Of a stretch of DNA of 64,000 bases, positions 1 through 9,311 are shown piece by piece. The stretch lies in NCBI GenBank assembly GCA_034420735.1, contig DAOULA010000001.1:36743-100742 (forward strand), written 5' to 3'. Position 1 is the stretch's first letter. Every line of letters starts with the position of its first letter. The notes under the pieces are model-generated. The model was not told the DNA's origin. It saw only the letters and a list, made by a program, of their open reading frames with translations, and ran no database searches. Source of the stretch: Dehalococcoidia bacterium (lineage in GTDB: Bacteria > Chloroflexota > Dehalococcoidia > Lucifugimonadales > CAJWER01). The translations under genes and the position numbers were made by a program.

Positions 1-341
1 AGCCCCGCGGTCAGGTAGAGAGCGAGACTGCTGCCGGACATCGCCATCCCGGCGACGCCGGCAGAGTACACTGCTGCTCCCACCACCACGACCCTGGCCG
101 TTCCGTACCGGTCCGCAATCGCTCCGGCCACCGGTACGCCAATGCCCCACAGCAGGTTCTGGATCGCGAGGGCCAGGGCGAAAGTCTCCCGCGACCATCC
201 GTTGTCGGTCGTCATCGGCTCGAGGTAGAGTCCGAAGCCGGAGCGGATTCCGAACCCGATGAGGGAGACCAGGCACGCCGCAGCGATGACCGCTGTTACG
301 GCAAGGCGACCGGGAGAGTCTTTGACGGAGGCTGGGCTCAA
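1..341 (-). CDS. MFS-type transporter, N-terminal part (3' end runs off the window)
   Basis: Not in the ORF track. My reverse-strand translation from TTG at 341-339 gives LSPASVKDSPGRLAVTAVIAAACLVSLIGFGIRSGFGLYLEPMTTDNGWSRETFALALAIQNLLWGIGVPVAGAIADRYGTARVVVVGAAVYSAGVAGMAMSG. This has hydrophobic helices plus an MFS-like G-x-x-x-D-R-x-G-x-R loop (GAIADRYGTAR). Confidence 0.55.
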   Translation of the reverse strand, partial: MSPASVKDSPGRLAVTAVIAAACLVSLIGFGIRSGFGLYLEPMTTDNGWSRETFALALAIQNLLWGIGVPVAGAIADRYGTARVVVVGAAVYSAGVAGMAMSGSSLALYLTAG

Positions 342-352
342 GAGCTTTGGTT

Positions 353-1645
353 CTATCGCCAGGCGTTGTTGGCCGGGTGGAACAACTCTGCCTGGGCGCT
401 TCCCCCGCCTGCGACGAGCACCGTGCCGTCCTGGAGTAGGGTCGCCGTGTGACCGGAGCGCGGCACTGAAGTCCGACCCGCCGGAGTCCAGGTCCTGGCG
501 TCAGGGTCGAAGACCTCCGCGGACCTGAGATTGCCCTCTACACCCGTTCCCCCGATCAGGAGCAGCTTCCCGTCATTGAGCAGAGTCGCGGTGTGGAACA
601 TGCGCCCATCAGCCATTGGCGGCCCTGTCCCCCACTCGTCCGCCCTCGGATTGAACAGCTCGATGTTCGGCACGCCGGCGGCAGCGACGCCGCCGAATCC
701 ACCAGCCTGTACCACGAGGCCATCCTCGAGGAGCGTCAGGGTGTGGGACATGGTTGCCCTGGCGAACCCCGATTGCGACCACTCACCTGCAGTGGGATCG
801 TACATCTCGGGCCCGCTGGTCCTCGGGGAACGCCCGGTCGCTCCTGCGTCTTCTCCGCTGCTGTCGGACTGGACCGCGCTGGCCGTCTCAGCGCCTGCTG
901 TCGTCATTCCACCTGTCACCAACACTCGCCCGTCCTGGAGGACCACGGCCTCTAGCCCAATGTGGCCCACCTTCATATCGGCGGCGTTCGTCCACTCTCC
1001 GGACGCAGGATCGAAGGTCTCGACCATCTGCAGCGAGTCCGATTCGAGGAGCCTCACAGAGATCTGACGTCCGCCGAAGACCAGCACCCTCCCATCCGAC
1101 AGGAGCAGAGCCCGGTGGCCGCGCCGCGCCACGTCCATGTTTGCGACGGGAGCCCACTCGCCCGTCTGGGGATCGTATATCTCCGCAGATGCGAGGGCCT
1201 TGCGATTCTCGTCCAGGCCGCCCATCGCCAGGACCCTGCCATCCGCAAGCACGACGGTGCTGTGCTCCCTCCTGGGGACGCTCATGGAGCCCGTTAGACT
1301 CCACCTGGCTGTCTCGGGGTCGTAGAGCTCGGCCGACGCGAGGGGCACCAGTTTGCGGTCCTGCCCGCCTACGACGAGGACCCTGCCATCCTGCAAGAGC
1401 TCGGCGGTGTGGAACTTCCTCGCGTGCTGCATGGGCCCTGGACTTGCGAGCACAGGAGTAGGAGTTACGGTGGGGACAGGCGTCGCAACGGGAGCGTCGG
1501 GTTCCGGGTCCTGGCTGCAGGCCAGCAACAGGCCCGCTATCAGCGCGCAGGCCCACAGGGGCAGCAGGTTCCGTGCCGCCAGGCGGCATCTTCTCGCGAA
1601 GATCATGTGCATTTGGTGCGAGGGAGGGCGCTTTCGGTTCGCCAT
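353..1645 (-). CDS. Kelch-repeat (beta-propeller) lipoprotein
   Basis: 430-aa ORF. Signal peptide with lipobox LLLAC|SQD. Repeated DGRVLVVGG / DGRVLAMGG / DGRVLVFGG / DGKLLLIGG Kelch-type blades. Confidence 0.8.
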   Translation of the reverse strand: MANRKRPPSHQMHMIFARRCRLAARNLLPLWACALIAGLLLACSQDPEPDAPVATPVPTVTPTPVLASPGPMQHARKFHTAELLQDGRVLVVGGQDRKLVPLASAELYDPETARWSLTGSMSVPRREHSTVVLADGRVLAMGGLDENRKALASAEIYDPQTGEWAPVANMDVARRGHRALLLSDGRVLVFGGRQISVRLLESDSLQMVETFDPASGEWTNAADMKVGHIGLEAVVLQDGRVLVTGGMTTAGAETASAVQSDSSGEDAGATGRSPRTSGPEMYDPTAGEWSQSGFARATMSHTLTLLEDGLVVQAGGFGGVAAAGVPNIELFNPRADEWGTGPPMADGRMFHTATLLNDGKLLLIGGTGVEGNLRSAEVFDPDARTWTPAGRTSVPRSGHTATLLQDGTVLVAGGGSAQAELFHPANNAWR

Positions 1646-1646
1646 G

Positions 1647-2741
1647 CTACGCGGTGACTTCGTCGATGGCGACTTCCCTGCCCTCTTTGCCGGACCGCAG
1701 TATGGCCAGCGAGAAGCGCAGCACCTCGCGCGCCTCGGCGCCCGTCATCTCCGTCTCGCGTCCGTCGAGGGCCGCGTCCACGAAATCCCTCACCGCCAGG
1801 GAAAAGCTGGTGGCATAGTCCGGGTCGATGTCATCGAACCGCGTGATCTCACCGTCCCTGTACATCTCGAGCGGCGCCCTGTCCAGGCGTTGGCCGATGA
1901 AGTTGTTGGCCCACAGTACGCCGCGGGTCCCTGTCACCTCGGCCGACACGTATATGGGGTAGTACTGCGACCTGATGACCAGGTCGTCGGCATAGACCGC
2001 CTCCCAGGAGCCGAACCTGTCGCCGCTGCGGTACTTCCAGCTGGCCATGGTGGGGTTGTCGAGGAGGGCTCCCGGCTGCAGCTCGTGGTGTGCCTTTACG
2101 CGCTCCCTCCCCACGTAGGCGAAGGCCCGCTCTATGTCGCCCATAAGGAACCTGGCGATCGACCAGATGTGCTGTCCGTGGTCGAAGTTCACCGAGCCCT
2201 CACCGGAACGCCCGGAGTCGGAGCGCCAGTCCTGGGCGTTTGGCGGCACGTCCCAGCCGTACTTGAGGTTGCCCGTCAGCGACTTCAACCTGAGGGACAG
2301 CGGCTCGCCTATCTCACCGGCATCCACCATCTCCCTGGTCCTGGCGAACAGCGGTGTGAATCGGTAGTTCTCGATGACGCGGAATAGACGGCCCGAGCGG
2401 TCGGCTGCCGCCAGCACCGCGTCGGCCTCGGCGATGTTCATGGCCATCGGCTTCTGCACGGAGACGTGCTTGCCGGCCTCTAGGGCTGCGATGCTCATCT
2501 CGGCGTGCAGGTGGTGGGGCGTGATGATCTCCACCGCGTCGATGTCGGGGTCGTCCAGCAGCCGCCTGTAGTCGTCGTAGGTCTTCCCTGCGCCCCACTC
2601 GGCGGCCCGGCGGCGGGCCAGCTCCGGGTCGACGTCGCACACCGCGTCCAGGCTTGCCCTGGGGTTGTCCCGGTAGCCCTCGTAGTGCATGTCGGCGATG
2701 CGGCCGGCGCCTATGAACCCAACCCTGAGCCCGTCGGTCAT
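1647..2741 (-). CDS. Gfo/Idh/MocA family oxidoreductase
   Basis: Tracked ORF 1647..3053, but its first 104 aa are Arg/Ser/Pro junk overlapping tenA. The real start is the ATG at 2741, giving MTDGLRVGFIGAGRIADMHYEGY (Rossmann GxGxxA), followed by EKP-type motif VSVQKPMA. Confidence 0.85.
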   Translation of the reverse strand: MTDGLRVGFIGAGRIADMHYEGYRDNPRASLDAVCDVDPELARRRAAEWGAGKTYDDYRRLLDDPDIDAVEIITPHHLHAEMSIAALEAGKHVSVQKPMAMNIAEADAVLAAADRSGRLFRVIENYRFTPLFARTREMVDAGEIGEPLSLRLKSLTGNLKYGWDVPPNAQDWRSDSGRSGEGSVNFDHGQHIWSIARFLMGDIERAFAYVGRERVKAHHELQPGALLDNPTMASWKYRSGDRFGSWEAVYADDLVIRSQYYPIYVSAEVTGTRGVLWANNFIGQRLDRAPLEMYRDGEITRFDDIDPDYATSFSLAVRDFVDAALDGRETEMTGAEAREVLRFSLAILRSGKEGREVAIDEVTA

Positions 2742-2766
2742 CCTGCCGGTTCCCTGACGAATGTAC

Positions 2767-3459
2767 CTAAACGTGCCACTCTTCCATCCTGTATGCCGCG
2801 TCCCAGAAGAGGTACTCGTACTTGCTGTTCGAGACGAATACCTCTGCGAGGCGCTCCCGCTGCTGCTCAGACAGGCCCAGAGCCGTGCGGTCGATAAACG
2901 AGCGGAGCCATTCGGCGAGCTCACCGAACTCGGGCGAGCTGTACATCTCGATCCACCGGCAGTAGAGGGGATGGTCGGCAGGCTTGCCGCGCTCCTCGAG
3001 GGCCTGGCCGATCTCCGCGTACCCCCACGAGCAGGGCAAGAGGGTCGCGGCAATCTCGCCTATGGTGCCCGAGTGGGCATTGGCGAGCATGTGGTTCGTG
3101 TACGCGAGCGTCGTGGGTGAGAGCCGGGTTGCCAGAAGCTCGTCCTCGGATATGCCGAAGTCATGGCAGAAGCTGACGTGGAGGGCCATCTCCGTGTTCA
3201 GCGTCTCGTGGAGCAGCCTCGCAAACCAGCCCATGTCGTCGAGGGACTGCGCCTTGGCAACGCCCAGTGCGATGACCCGCGAGAACTCGATCAGGAACAG
3301 GTAGTCCTGCCTCATGTACCACTGGAACTTCTCGAGTGGCAGGGTGCCTTCCCCAAGCTCGACTACGAACGGGTGCCGGTGTTCCTTCTCCCAGACGCCC
3401 GAAGCGCGGTCTCTAAGCAGGTCGCTGAAGCTGTTCACTCGTAGGTGTTCCTCACGCAA
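2767..3459 (-). CDS. tenA: TenA-family thiaminase II / aminopyrimidine aminohydrolase
   Basis: 230 aa. Typical TenA features: HPFVVELGEGTLPLEKFQWYMRQDYLFL, LLPCSWGYAEIG, and C-terminal YEYLFWDAAY. Confidence 0.8.
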   Translation of the reverse strand: MREEHLRVNSFSDLLRDRASGVWEKEHRHPFVVELGEGTLPLEKFQWYMRQDYLFLIEFSRVIALGVAKAQSLDDMGWFARLLHETLNTEMALHVSFCHDFGISEDELLATRLSPTTLAYTNHMLANAHSGTIGEIAATLLPCSWGYAEIGQALEERGKPADHPLYCRWIEMYSSPEFGELAEWLRSFIDRTALGLSEQQRERLAEVFVSNSKYEYLFWDAAYRMEEWHV

Positions 3460-3568
3460 TGTCGGGCTGGACGCGCCCCCATGTCGCCATTCTGATCACC
3501 CAGGGACTTGGGGCGGGCTATACAATGGCTCATTGATCCGTATTATCGCGAATTCTGCGCCTGGCGCA

Positions 3569-4327
3569 ATGGAGTGGAGCACCATGGACCTTGAGGGACG
3601 GCTGCGCACGCAGTGGACCGGCGCGGCACAGAGCTGGATCGAGACCGACCAGTCCATTCGCAGCGATATGCTGGATGCGTGGATGTTCGAAGCGCTGGGG
3701 GATGTATCGGGCAAGTCAGTGATAGACATTGGGTGCGGCGAGGGACGGTTCTGCCGCTTGCTGGCCGAGCGCGGCGCGATCGTCACGGGCGTAGACCTGA
3801 CGAGGCCGCTGATAGACCGGGCCCGCGCGCTTGGCCGGGAGGGACAGACCTATCTCGTTGGCGACGCGGTCGATCTCGCTGGCGTGGATGACGCCGGCTT
3901 CGACCTGGCGGTGTCATACATAGTGCTAGTGGACCTGCTCGACTACCGCAGGGCGATAGAGGCCGCATACAGGGTGCTCAAGCCCGGCGGCAGGCTCGTC
4001 GTGTGCAACGTACACCCAATGAGGAGTGCGGACAGCGGTGGATGGGTGAGGCAGGGTACGAAGAAGCTGTTCTATCCGCTCAATAGCTACTGGGACGAGG
4101 GGCCTCGGGATCTCGAATGGCTGGGGACCTCCATCGTGAACATGCACAGAACATTGTCCAGCTATGTTGCCGCGTTCCTCGATGCCGGGTTCGCGATCGA
4201 TGGAATCCTCGAGCCCACGCCGTCCGAAGCCCAGCTGGCCGAACACCCGGAGTTCGAAGATGAATTCCGAGCCCCCAATTTCATTGTGTACAAGCTGAAG
4301 AAGCCTCACGGTCCATCCCCCGGGTAG
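3569..4327 (+). CDS. Class I SAM-dependent methyltransferase
   Basis: Tracked ORF 3314..4327. Plausible start is the ATG at 3569 (MEWSTMDLEG). Motif I VIDIGCGEGRF, with LKPGGRLVV further on. Confidence 0.8.
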   Translation: MEWSTMDLEGRLRTQWTGAAQSWIETDQSIRSDMLDAWMFEALGDVSGKSVIDIGCGEGRFCRLLAERGAIVTGVDLTRPLIDRARALGREGQTYLVGDAVDLAGVDDAGFDLAVSYIVLVDLLDYRRAIEAAYRVLKPGGRLVVCNVHPMRSADSGGWVRQGTKKLFYPLNSYWDEGPRDLEWLGTSIVNMHRTLSSYVAAFLDAGFAIDGILEPTPSEAQLAEHPEFEDEFRAPNFIVYKLKKPHGPSPG

Positions 4328-4410
4328 CCCGCATAGCCCCAGCGGCCTTCGGCACCGTGTCAGAAGTACTAACTGTTCAGTCTCCATGAGTTGAGCGGTT
4401 CTCCACGACT

Positions 4411-4510
4411 GTCATTCCGAACGCAGTGAGGAATCTACGAATCTAGCCTAAGTACGGCCCTGCGTGTGCAAGGCTCGTAGATTCTTCGTCGCTGCGCTCT
4501 CCAGAATCAC
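4411..4510. repeat. Imperfect palindromic intergenic element (REP/MITE-like)
   Basis: GTCATTCCGAACGCAGTGAGGAATCTACGA (4411-4440) faces TCGTAGATTCTTCGTCGCTGCGCTCTCCAGAATCAC (4475-4510) across a 34-nt spacer. The left arm recurs exactly, in inverted orientation, at 21674-21703. Confidence 0.6.
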
Positions 4511-4695
4511 AGCTAGAGTGTGGGGCGATTCCTCTGTCACATCGACTCTGAACAGCTGCATTGCCGGTAATCAGGGGTACATGTGTGCTATTATGGGCGC
4601 CGGATGAAGTTATGCAGAGAAATACACGCAACGCGTTGACTGCCGTTAATGAGTTGCTTAGCATGTCGAGGCCTGATTGCCGACCGGGAGCTGCT

Positions 4696-6222
4696 ATGCT
4701 GGCCAAATCTAAGACCTGTGCCGTGGTGGGACTCGACGGGTACATCGTCGAGGTTGAGGTGGACATCTCGCCCGGCCTGCCATCCTTCACGATCGTAGGC
4801 CTTCCGGACACGGCGGTGCAGGAGGCGCGGGAGCGCGTCCGAGCGGCCATCCGCAACTCCGGCAGCGACTTCCCGATGCGCCGCATCACCGTCAACCTGG
4901 CCCCTGCCGACCTGCGCAAGGCGGGCCCTGCCTACGACCTCCCCATAGCGCTTGCGCTCCTTCACAGCACGGGCCAGGTGGAGGACGTGCCCGACCGCTC
5001 CGTATTCCTGGGGGAACTTTCGCTCGACGGCGGGCTGAGACATACGACGGGCATCCTGCCGATGGTGGTGGTCGCCAGGGACGAGGGGTACGACACTGTG
5101 TTCGTACCCGAGACGGACGCCGAGGAGGCGGCGCTCGTGGAGGGCATAGACGTGGTGCCGCTGCGAGACCTGGGGGCGCTGGTGAACCACCTCGACCGGA
5201 GCAGGCCCATCAAGCCGGTCGTGAAGAGCGGCCTGAAGCGGCCGGACAGAAACGGAGCTAAGCCTTCCGGGATGGACATGGCGGACATCCGGGGCCAGGA
5301 GTTCGCGAAGCGCGCGCTGGAGGTCGCTGCCGCCGGAGGCCACAACATACTGTTCAACGGCCCTCCCGGCAGCGGCAAGACCCTGCTGGCGCGGTGCCTG
5401 CCGTCGGTGCTGCCGGCCATGACCCGCGAGGAGGCGCTGGACGTCACCAAGATATACAGCGTCAGCGGGCTCCTGCCGCCGTCGTCGCCCCTCATCGACG
5501 AGAGACCGTTCCGGTCTCCCCACTACACCATCTCGAACGCGGGACTCGCCGGTGGAGGACGCTCGCCGAGGCCCGGTGAGATAACGCTGAGTCACCGGGG
5601 CGTGCTGTTCCTCGACGAGCTGCCGGAGTTCGGTCACACGGTCCTGGAGGTGCTGAGGCAGCCGCTGGAGGACAAGGTCGTGACGATCAGCCGCGCCCAG
5701 GGCTCGGTCACATTCCCTGCGAATTTCATGCTCGTAGCGGCGATGAACCCGTGTCCGTGCGGCTTCTCGAGCGACCCGGCGAAGGAGTGCACTTGCTCGC
5801 CAAGCACGATATCGAGGTACAAGAAGCGGATCAGCGGTCCCCTGCTCGACCGCGTGGACCTGTTCGTAGAGGTCCCGCGCGTGGAGTATGAGAAGCTGGC
5901 CGCCCCGCAGAGCGCCGAGAAGTCGGCTGATGTGAGGAAGCGCACCGAGAGGGCGCGGGAGATCCAGCACCGGCGCCTGGCGGGCAAAGGCATATTCACG
6001 AACGCTGAGATGGGCCCGGTCGAGGTGTGGGACAACTGCCAGGTGGACGAGACCGCCCAGGGCCTGCTGCAGACTGCAGTCAAGCAGACGTACCTGTCGG
6101 CCAGGGGCTATCACCGCGTCCTGAAGGTCGCCCGCACCATCGCCGACCTCGCGGGGTCGGAGACGATCGACGCCTCCCACCTGTCCCAGGCCCTGCAGTA
6201 CAGGCCGACGTCCTGGACGTAG
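4696..6222 (+). CDS. comM: YifB/ComM family Mg-chelatase-like ATPase
   Basis: Start at ATG 4696 (MLAKSKTCAVVGLDGYIVEVEVD). Lon-like N-domain, Walker A GPPGSGKT, Walker B VLFLDELPEF, zinc-ribbon-like CPCGF...CTC, C-terminal SARGYHRVLKVARTIADL. Confidence 0.9.
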   Translation: MLAKSKTCAVVGLDGYIVEVEVDISPGLPSFTIVGLPDTAVQEARERVRAAIRNSGSDFPMRRITVNLAPADLRKAGPAYDLPIALALLHSTGQVEDVPDRSVFLGELSLDGGLRHTTGILPMVVVARDEGYDTVFVPETDAEEAALVEGIDVVPLRDLGALVNHLDRSRPIKPVVKSGLKRPDRNGAKPSGMDMADIRGQEFAKRALEVAAAGGHNILFNGPPGSGKTLLARCLPSVLPAMTREEALDVTKIYSVSGLLPPSSPLIDERPFRSPHYTISNAGLAGGGRSPRPGEITLSHRGVLFLDELPEFGHTVLEVLRQPLEDKVVTISRAQGSVTFPANFMLVAAMNPCPCGFSSDPAKECTCSPSTISRYKKRISGPLLDRVDLFVEVPRVEYEKLAAPQSAEKSADVRKRTERAREIQHRRLAGKGIFTNAEMGPVEVWDNCQVDETAQGLLQTAVKQTYLSARGYHRVLKVARTIADLAGSETIDASHLSQALQYRPTSWT

Positions 6223-6237
6223 ACTGGCGACAGATCC

Positions 6238-6459
6238 ATGAGAATCGAGTACGATAGCGATGTGGACGCTCTCTACATCCAATTCAAGGACGTGACACCG
6301 GATGACAACGTAGACTTGGAAGAGGGCGTGACCGTAGACCTCGACGAAGAGGGACATATAGTGGGACTCGAGATTCTCGATGCGGCCGAGAGATTCGGTT
6401 TGGAGTCTCTGCGAAATGTGAGCATCGAGAATCTGTCCATGGAGGGTGGCCGCCCATGA
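6238..6459 (+). CDS. DUF2283 domain protein
   Basis: 73 aa: MRIEYDSDVDALYIQFKD...VTVDLDEEGHIVGLEILDA, the characteristic DUF2283 pattern. Its stop overlaps the next start (ATGA at 6456-6459). Confidence 0.75.
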   Translation: MRIEYDSDVDALYIQFKDVTPDDNVDLEEGVTVDLDEEGHIVGLEILDAAERFGLESLRNVSIENLSMEGGRP

Positions 6460-7364
6460 CCGACTACACGGCTTACTTCAACGGAGAGTATGTTCCATAC
6501 AGCCAGGTCAAGATCGATCCTGGCGACCGTGGGTTTTCGCTCGGCGACGTGGTCTTCGACACGGGCCGCACCTTCAACGGTGTTCCCTTCAAGCTCAAGG
6601 AGCACATGGACAGGCTCTACCGGTCGCTCACCTACGTGCGGATCGACCCGGGCGTCACCCATGCTGAGATGACGGCGATCACTGAGGAGGTGCTGCGCCG
6701 CAACGAGGCGCATCGCCCGGCGGTCGGCGACTTCACATACACACAGTTCGTGACGCGCGGCGCGGGCGGAGTTGACGGCGGCGGGCAGCCAACCGTGTGC
6801 GTCAGGGTCATGCCGGTGGGGTTCAGCCGGTCTGCAAAGGCATACCGGGAGGGAGTGCACGGCGTCATCACCAAGACCCAGAGCTACCCCGCGGCCTCGG
6901 TGGACCCCAAGATCAAGCACTGGAGCCGGCTGAACTTCGTGCTCGCTGACCTAGAGGCCAACGACGTCGAGCCGGGCGCACTGGCAATCCTGACGGACGG
7001 CGACAGGAACATCACCGAGGGCACGGGCAGCAACGTATTCATCGTCACGAACGGCGTCCTGCGCACCGCAAAGGACAATGCGCTTCTGCAGGGCGTGTCG
7101 CGCGGCATGGTGTTCGACCTGGCGCGCCAGCTTGACATCCCGGTGGCGGAGGAGGAGCTGCAGGCCTACGACCTGTACACGGCCGACGAGGCTTTCTTCT
7201 CGACTACGAGCCCGTGCATCATGCCGATGACCCGGGTCGACCGCCGTCCGGTCGGCGACGGGGTGCCTGGCCCCATTACGATGCAGCTCCTGGCCGCCTG
7301 GAGCGAGTTCGTGGGGATAGACATCATCGACCAGGCAACGCGCTTCGCCGAATCCGAGGCCTGA
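6456..7364 (+). CDS. Aminotransferase class IV (branched-chain / D-amino-acid aminotransferase fold)
   Basis: 302 aa: DRGFSLGDVVFDT, KEHMDRLYRS, NITEGTGSNVFIV, LQGVSRGMV. These are PLP fold-type IV hallmarks. Confidence 0.85.
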   Translation: MTDYTAYFNGEYVPYSQVKIDPGDRGFSLGDVVFDTGRTFNGVPFKLKEHMDRLYRSLTYVRIDPGVTHAEMTAITEEVLRRNEAHRPAVGDFTYTQFVTRGAGGVDGGGQPTVCVRVMPVGFSRSAKAYREGVHGVITKTQSYPAASVDPKIKHWSRLNFVLADLEANDVEPGALAILTDGDRNITEGTGSNVFIVTNGVLRTAKDNALLQGVSRGMVFDLARQLDIPVAEEELQAYDLYTADEAFFSTTSPCIMPMTRVDRRPVGDGVPGPITMQLLAAWSEFVGIDIIDQATRFAESEA

Positions 7365-7373
7365 TTCGCCCTC

Positions 7374-8162
7374 TTGTCGCTGCGCAAACTGTTCGGCGGG
7401 GTTGACCTGCGAATCGAGGACCTGTACCTCCTCGAGCCGTTTCAGATCGAGTACTTCGAGGGCTGGGTACCTGAACGAGAGTTTGCTGCTGTCCTCTGGG
7501 CACACCCGCCTATCGGACGATTCCTAAGAGAGCAAGCCCCTGCCGCCTCCGGCTTTCTGGACGATGTGAAGGGACGGTTTGGTCCGGCGCCCGACCAGGG
7601 TGACTTGGCAAAGGCCGAGGACCTGATCGTGTGGACCATCGCCGACCTGCTTGTGTACAACAAGTGCCCGGAGGTCTACGACGGCCTGCAGTTCCACGAC
7701 TGGGACTTTGTCGAAGTGACTGGCATTACGCCACTGACCGGCAGGGTGGTCGTGGACGTCGGATCAGGGACTGGCCGTGTGGCGCTGGAGGCTGCCACTA
7801 TGGCCGATGCCGTAACTGCGGTCGAACCGGTCGGCCGGCTTCGCAAGTTCATCCGAGACAAGGCCACCCGCAACGGGCTGACCAACGTCCGCGTGGTCGA
7901 GGGCTTCTGCCATAGCATCCCCCTGCCCGACGCCTCCGCAGACGTGGTGATCACTTCGCACGCGCTGGGGTGGCGCCTGGAAGACGAGCTGCGAGAGTTC
8001 GAGCGTGTAGCGATGCCCGGCGGTTACGTCATCCACTGCCCCGGCACTGACAAGAGCGAAGTAGAGCAGCATGAACGGCTCATATCCGCTGAGTGGAGGT
8101 ACGAATTCGCCCGGTACCGGGAGTCCGACGGCTGGAAGCGGAAGTACTGGAAGCGGGTCTAG
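7374..8162 (+). CDS. Class I SAM-dependent methyltransferase
   Basis: 262 aa, TTG start. Motif I VVDVGSGTGRVALEAA, post-I AVEPV, and PGGYVI. Confidence 0.75.
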   Translation: MSLRKLFGGVDLRIEDLYLLEPFQIEYFEGWVPEREFAAVLWAHPPIGRFLREQAPAASGFLDDVKGRFGPAPDQGDLAKAEDLIVWTIADLLVYNKCPEVYDGLQFHDWDFVEVTGITPLTGRVVVDVGSGTGRVALEAATMADAVTAVEPVGRLRKFIRDKATRNGLTNVRVVEGFCHSIPLPDASADVVITSHALGWRLEDELREFERVAMPGGYVIHCPGTDKSEVEQHERLISAEWRYEFARYRESDGWKRKYWKRV

Positions 8163-8280
8163 GCGCCGAAGACGTGGGGACTGTCTGTCGGTGCCTCCGG
8201 TTGACCGGATAGGTGGCGTGTAATAGAGTTGCCGACACATCAACCGGTCAGTACGACTCTATACAACCGGGGACTGGCCC

Positions 8281-9300
8281 ATGTTGGAATACATCGCGAG
8301 ACGCGCCCTGCTGGGCCTCTTCACTATCTGGGCGATCTCGATGCTGGCGTTCTTCATCATCGAGCTGCCCGAAGGCGACCTCGCCGAGAACCGTTTCGAC
8401 AGGACGACCTTCCTCGTTGGAGACGCAGGCCACAGCCGCGAGATTGTGAACCAGATGCGCAGCTACCTCGGCCTGGACAAGCCGATATACATCCGGTACG
8501 GCGTGTGGATGTGGAACATGCTGCGCCACGGCGACTTGGGACGTTCCTTTGGACCGACCGGAGGCGGGCTCGTCAACTTCGTTTCGGTAAAGCAGGTCAT
8601 CGGCGAGAAGCTGTGGATGACGATGGCCCTCACAGGCTTCACCATCATGGTGACCTGGACGATGGCGGTCCCCATCGGGATCTACTCCGCCGTCAGGCAG
8701 CACTCAGTTGGTGACTATGTATTCACGTTCATCGGCTTCACGGGTCTGGCAATACCGGACTTCCTCCTGGGTCTCGTGCTGATGTACGTCGCGTTCGCCT
8801 ACTTCGACCAGAGCGTGGGCGGCCTGTTCTCCGCCGACTACCAGAACGCGCCATGGAGCATCGCCAAGGTCCGCGACCTGGTAGCCCACCTCTGGGTGCC
8901 AGCCATCGTGCTGGGCACGTCGGGTACTGCGAGCCTGATCCGCATCATGCGGAACAATCTTCTGGACGAGCTCAACAGGCCCTACGTCGTTACCGCCAGG
9001 GCCAAGGGTGTGCCCGTATGGAGGCTGATCCTCAAGTACCCAGTGCGCGTCGCCATCAACCCTCTCATCAGCACCGTCGGCTACCTCCTCCCTGCCCTGA
9101 TCAGCGGCAGCGTGATCGTTTCCGTCGTGCTGAGCCTGCCGACTATCGGTCCAGTCCTGCTGACGGCGATCCAGGACGAAGACGTCTACCTGGCCGGGTT
9201 TGTCGTGCTGCTGGCGGGCATCATGACCGTCGTAGGCACCCTGGTTTCCGATGTCCTGCTAGCCATCGTCGACCCCAGGATCAAGTTCGGCGGACGCTGA
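8281..9300 (+). CDS. ABC transporter permease, DppB/OppB type (paralogue 1, no partner genes)
   Basis: 339 aa: N-terminal MLEYIARRALLGLFTIWAISMLAFFII, EAA-loop region YVVTARAKGV, C-terminal DPRIK. Multiple TM helices. Confidence 0.9.
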   Translation: MLEYIARRALLGLFTIWAISMLAFFIIELPEGDLAENRFDRTTFLVGDAGHSREIVNQMRSYLGLDKPIYIRYGVWMWNMLRHGDLGRSFGPTGGGLVNFVSVKQVIGEKLWMTMALTGFTIMVTWTMAVPIGIYSAVRQHSVGDYVFTFIGFTGLAIPDFLLGLVLMYVAFAYFDQSVGGLFSADYQNAPWSIAKVRDLVAHLWVPAIVLGTSGTASLIRIMRNNLLDELNRPYVVTARAKGVPVWRLILKYPVRVAINPLISTVGYLLPALISGSVIVSVVLSLPTIGPVLLTAIQDEDVYLAGFVVLLAGIMTVVGTLVSDVLLAIVDPRIKFGGR

Positions 9301-9311
9301 CGGCTGGCGGC

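Noticed and set aside
1647-3053. Long N-terminal extensions of tracked ORFs (for example 1647..3053, 8853..10187, 16516..17727, 29115..30641, 36526..37542, 61414..62448)
   Set aside because: The extensions overlap upstream genes and are Arg/Pro/Ser-rich. Internal ATG/GTG codons with RBS-like sequences give N-termini matching the expected family motifs.
3460-3568. TPP riboswitch upstream of tenA
   Set aside because: I looked on the minus strand for the CUGAGA ... ACCUGAUCUGGAUAAUGCCAGCG core. Only a vague CCTGGGTGATCAGAATGGCGA resemblance is present and the CUGAGA box is absent. A covariance-model scan (Rfam RF00059) would be decisive.
4591-6357. 588-aa ORF antisense to comM
   Set aside because: Arg/His/Pro/Gly-rich with no motifs. 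It exactly shadows a gene with clear Walker motifs on the other strand, which is the typical high-GC antisense artefact.
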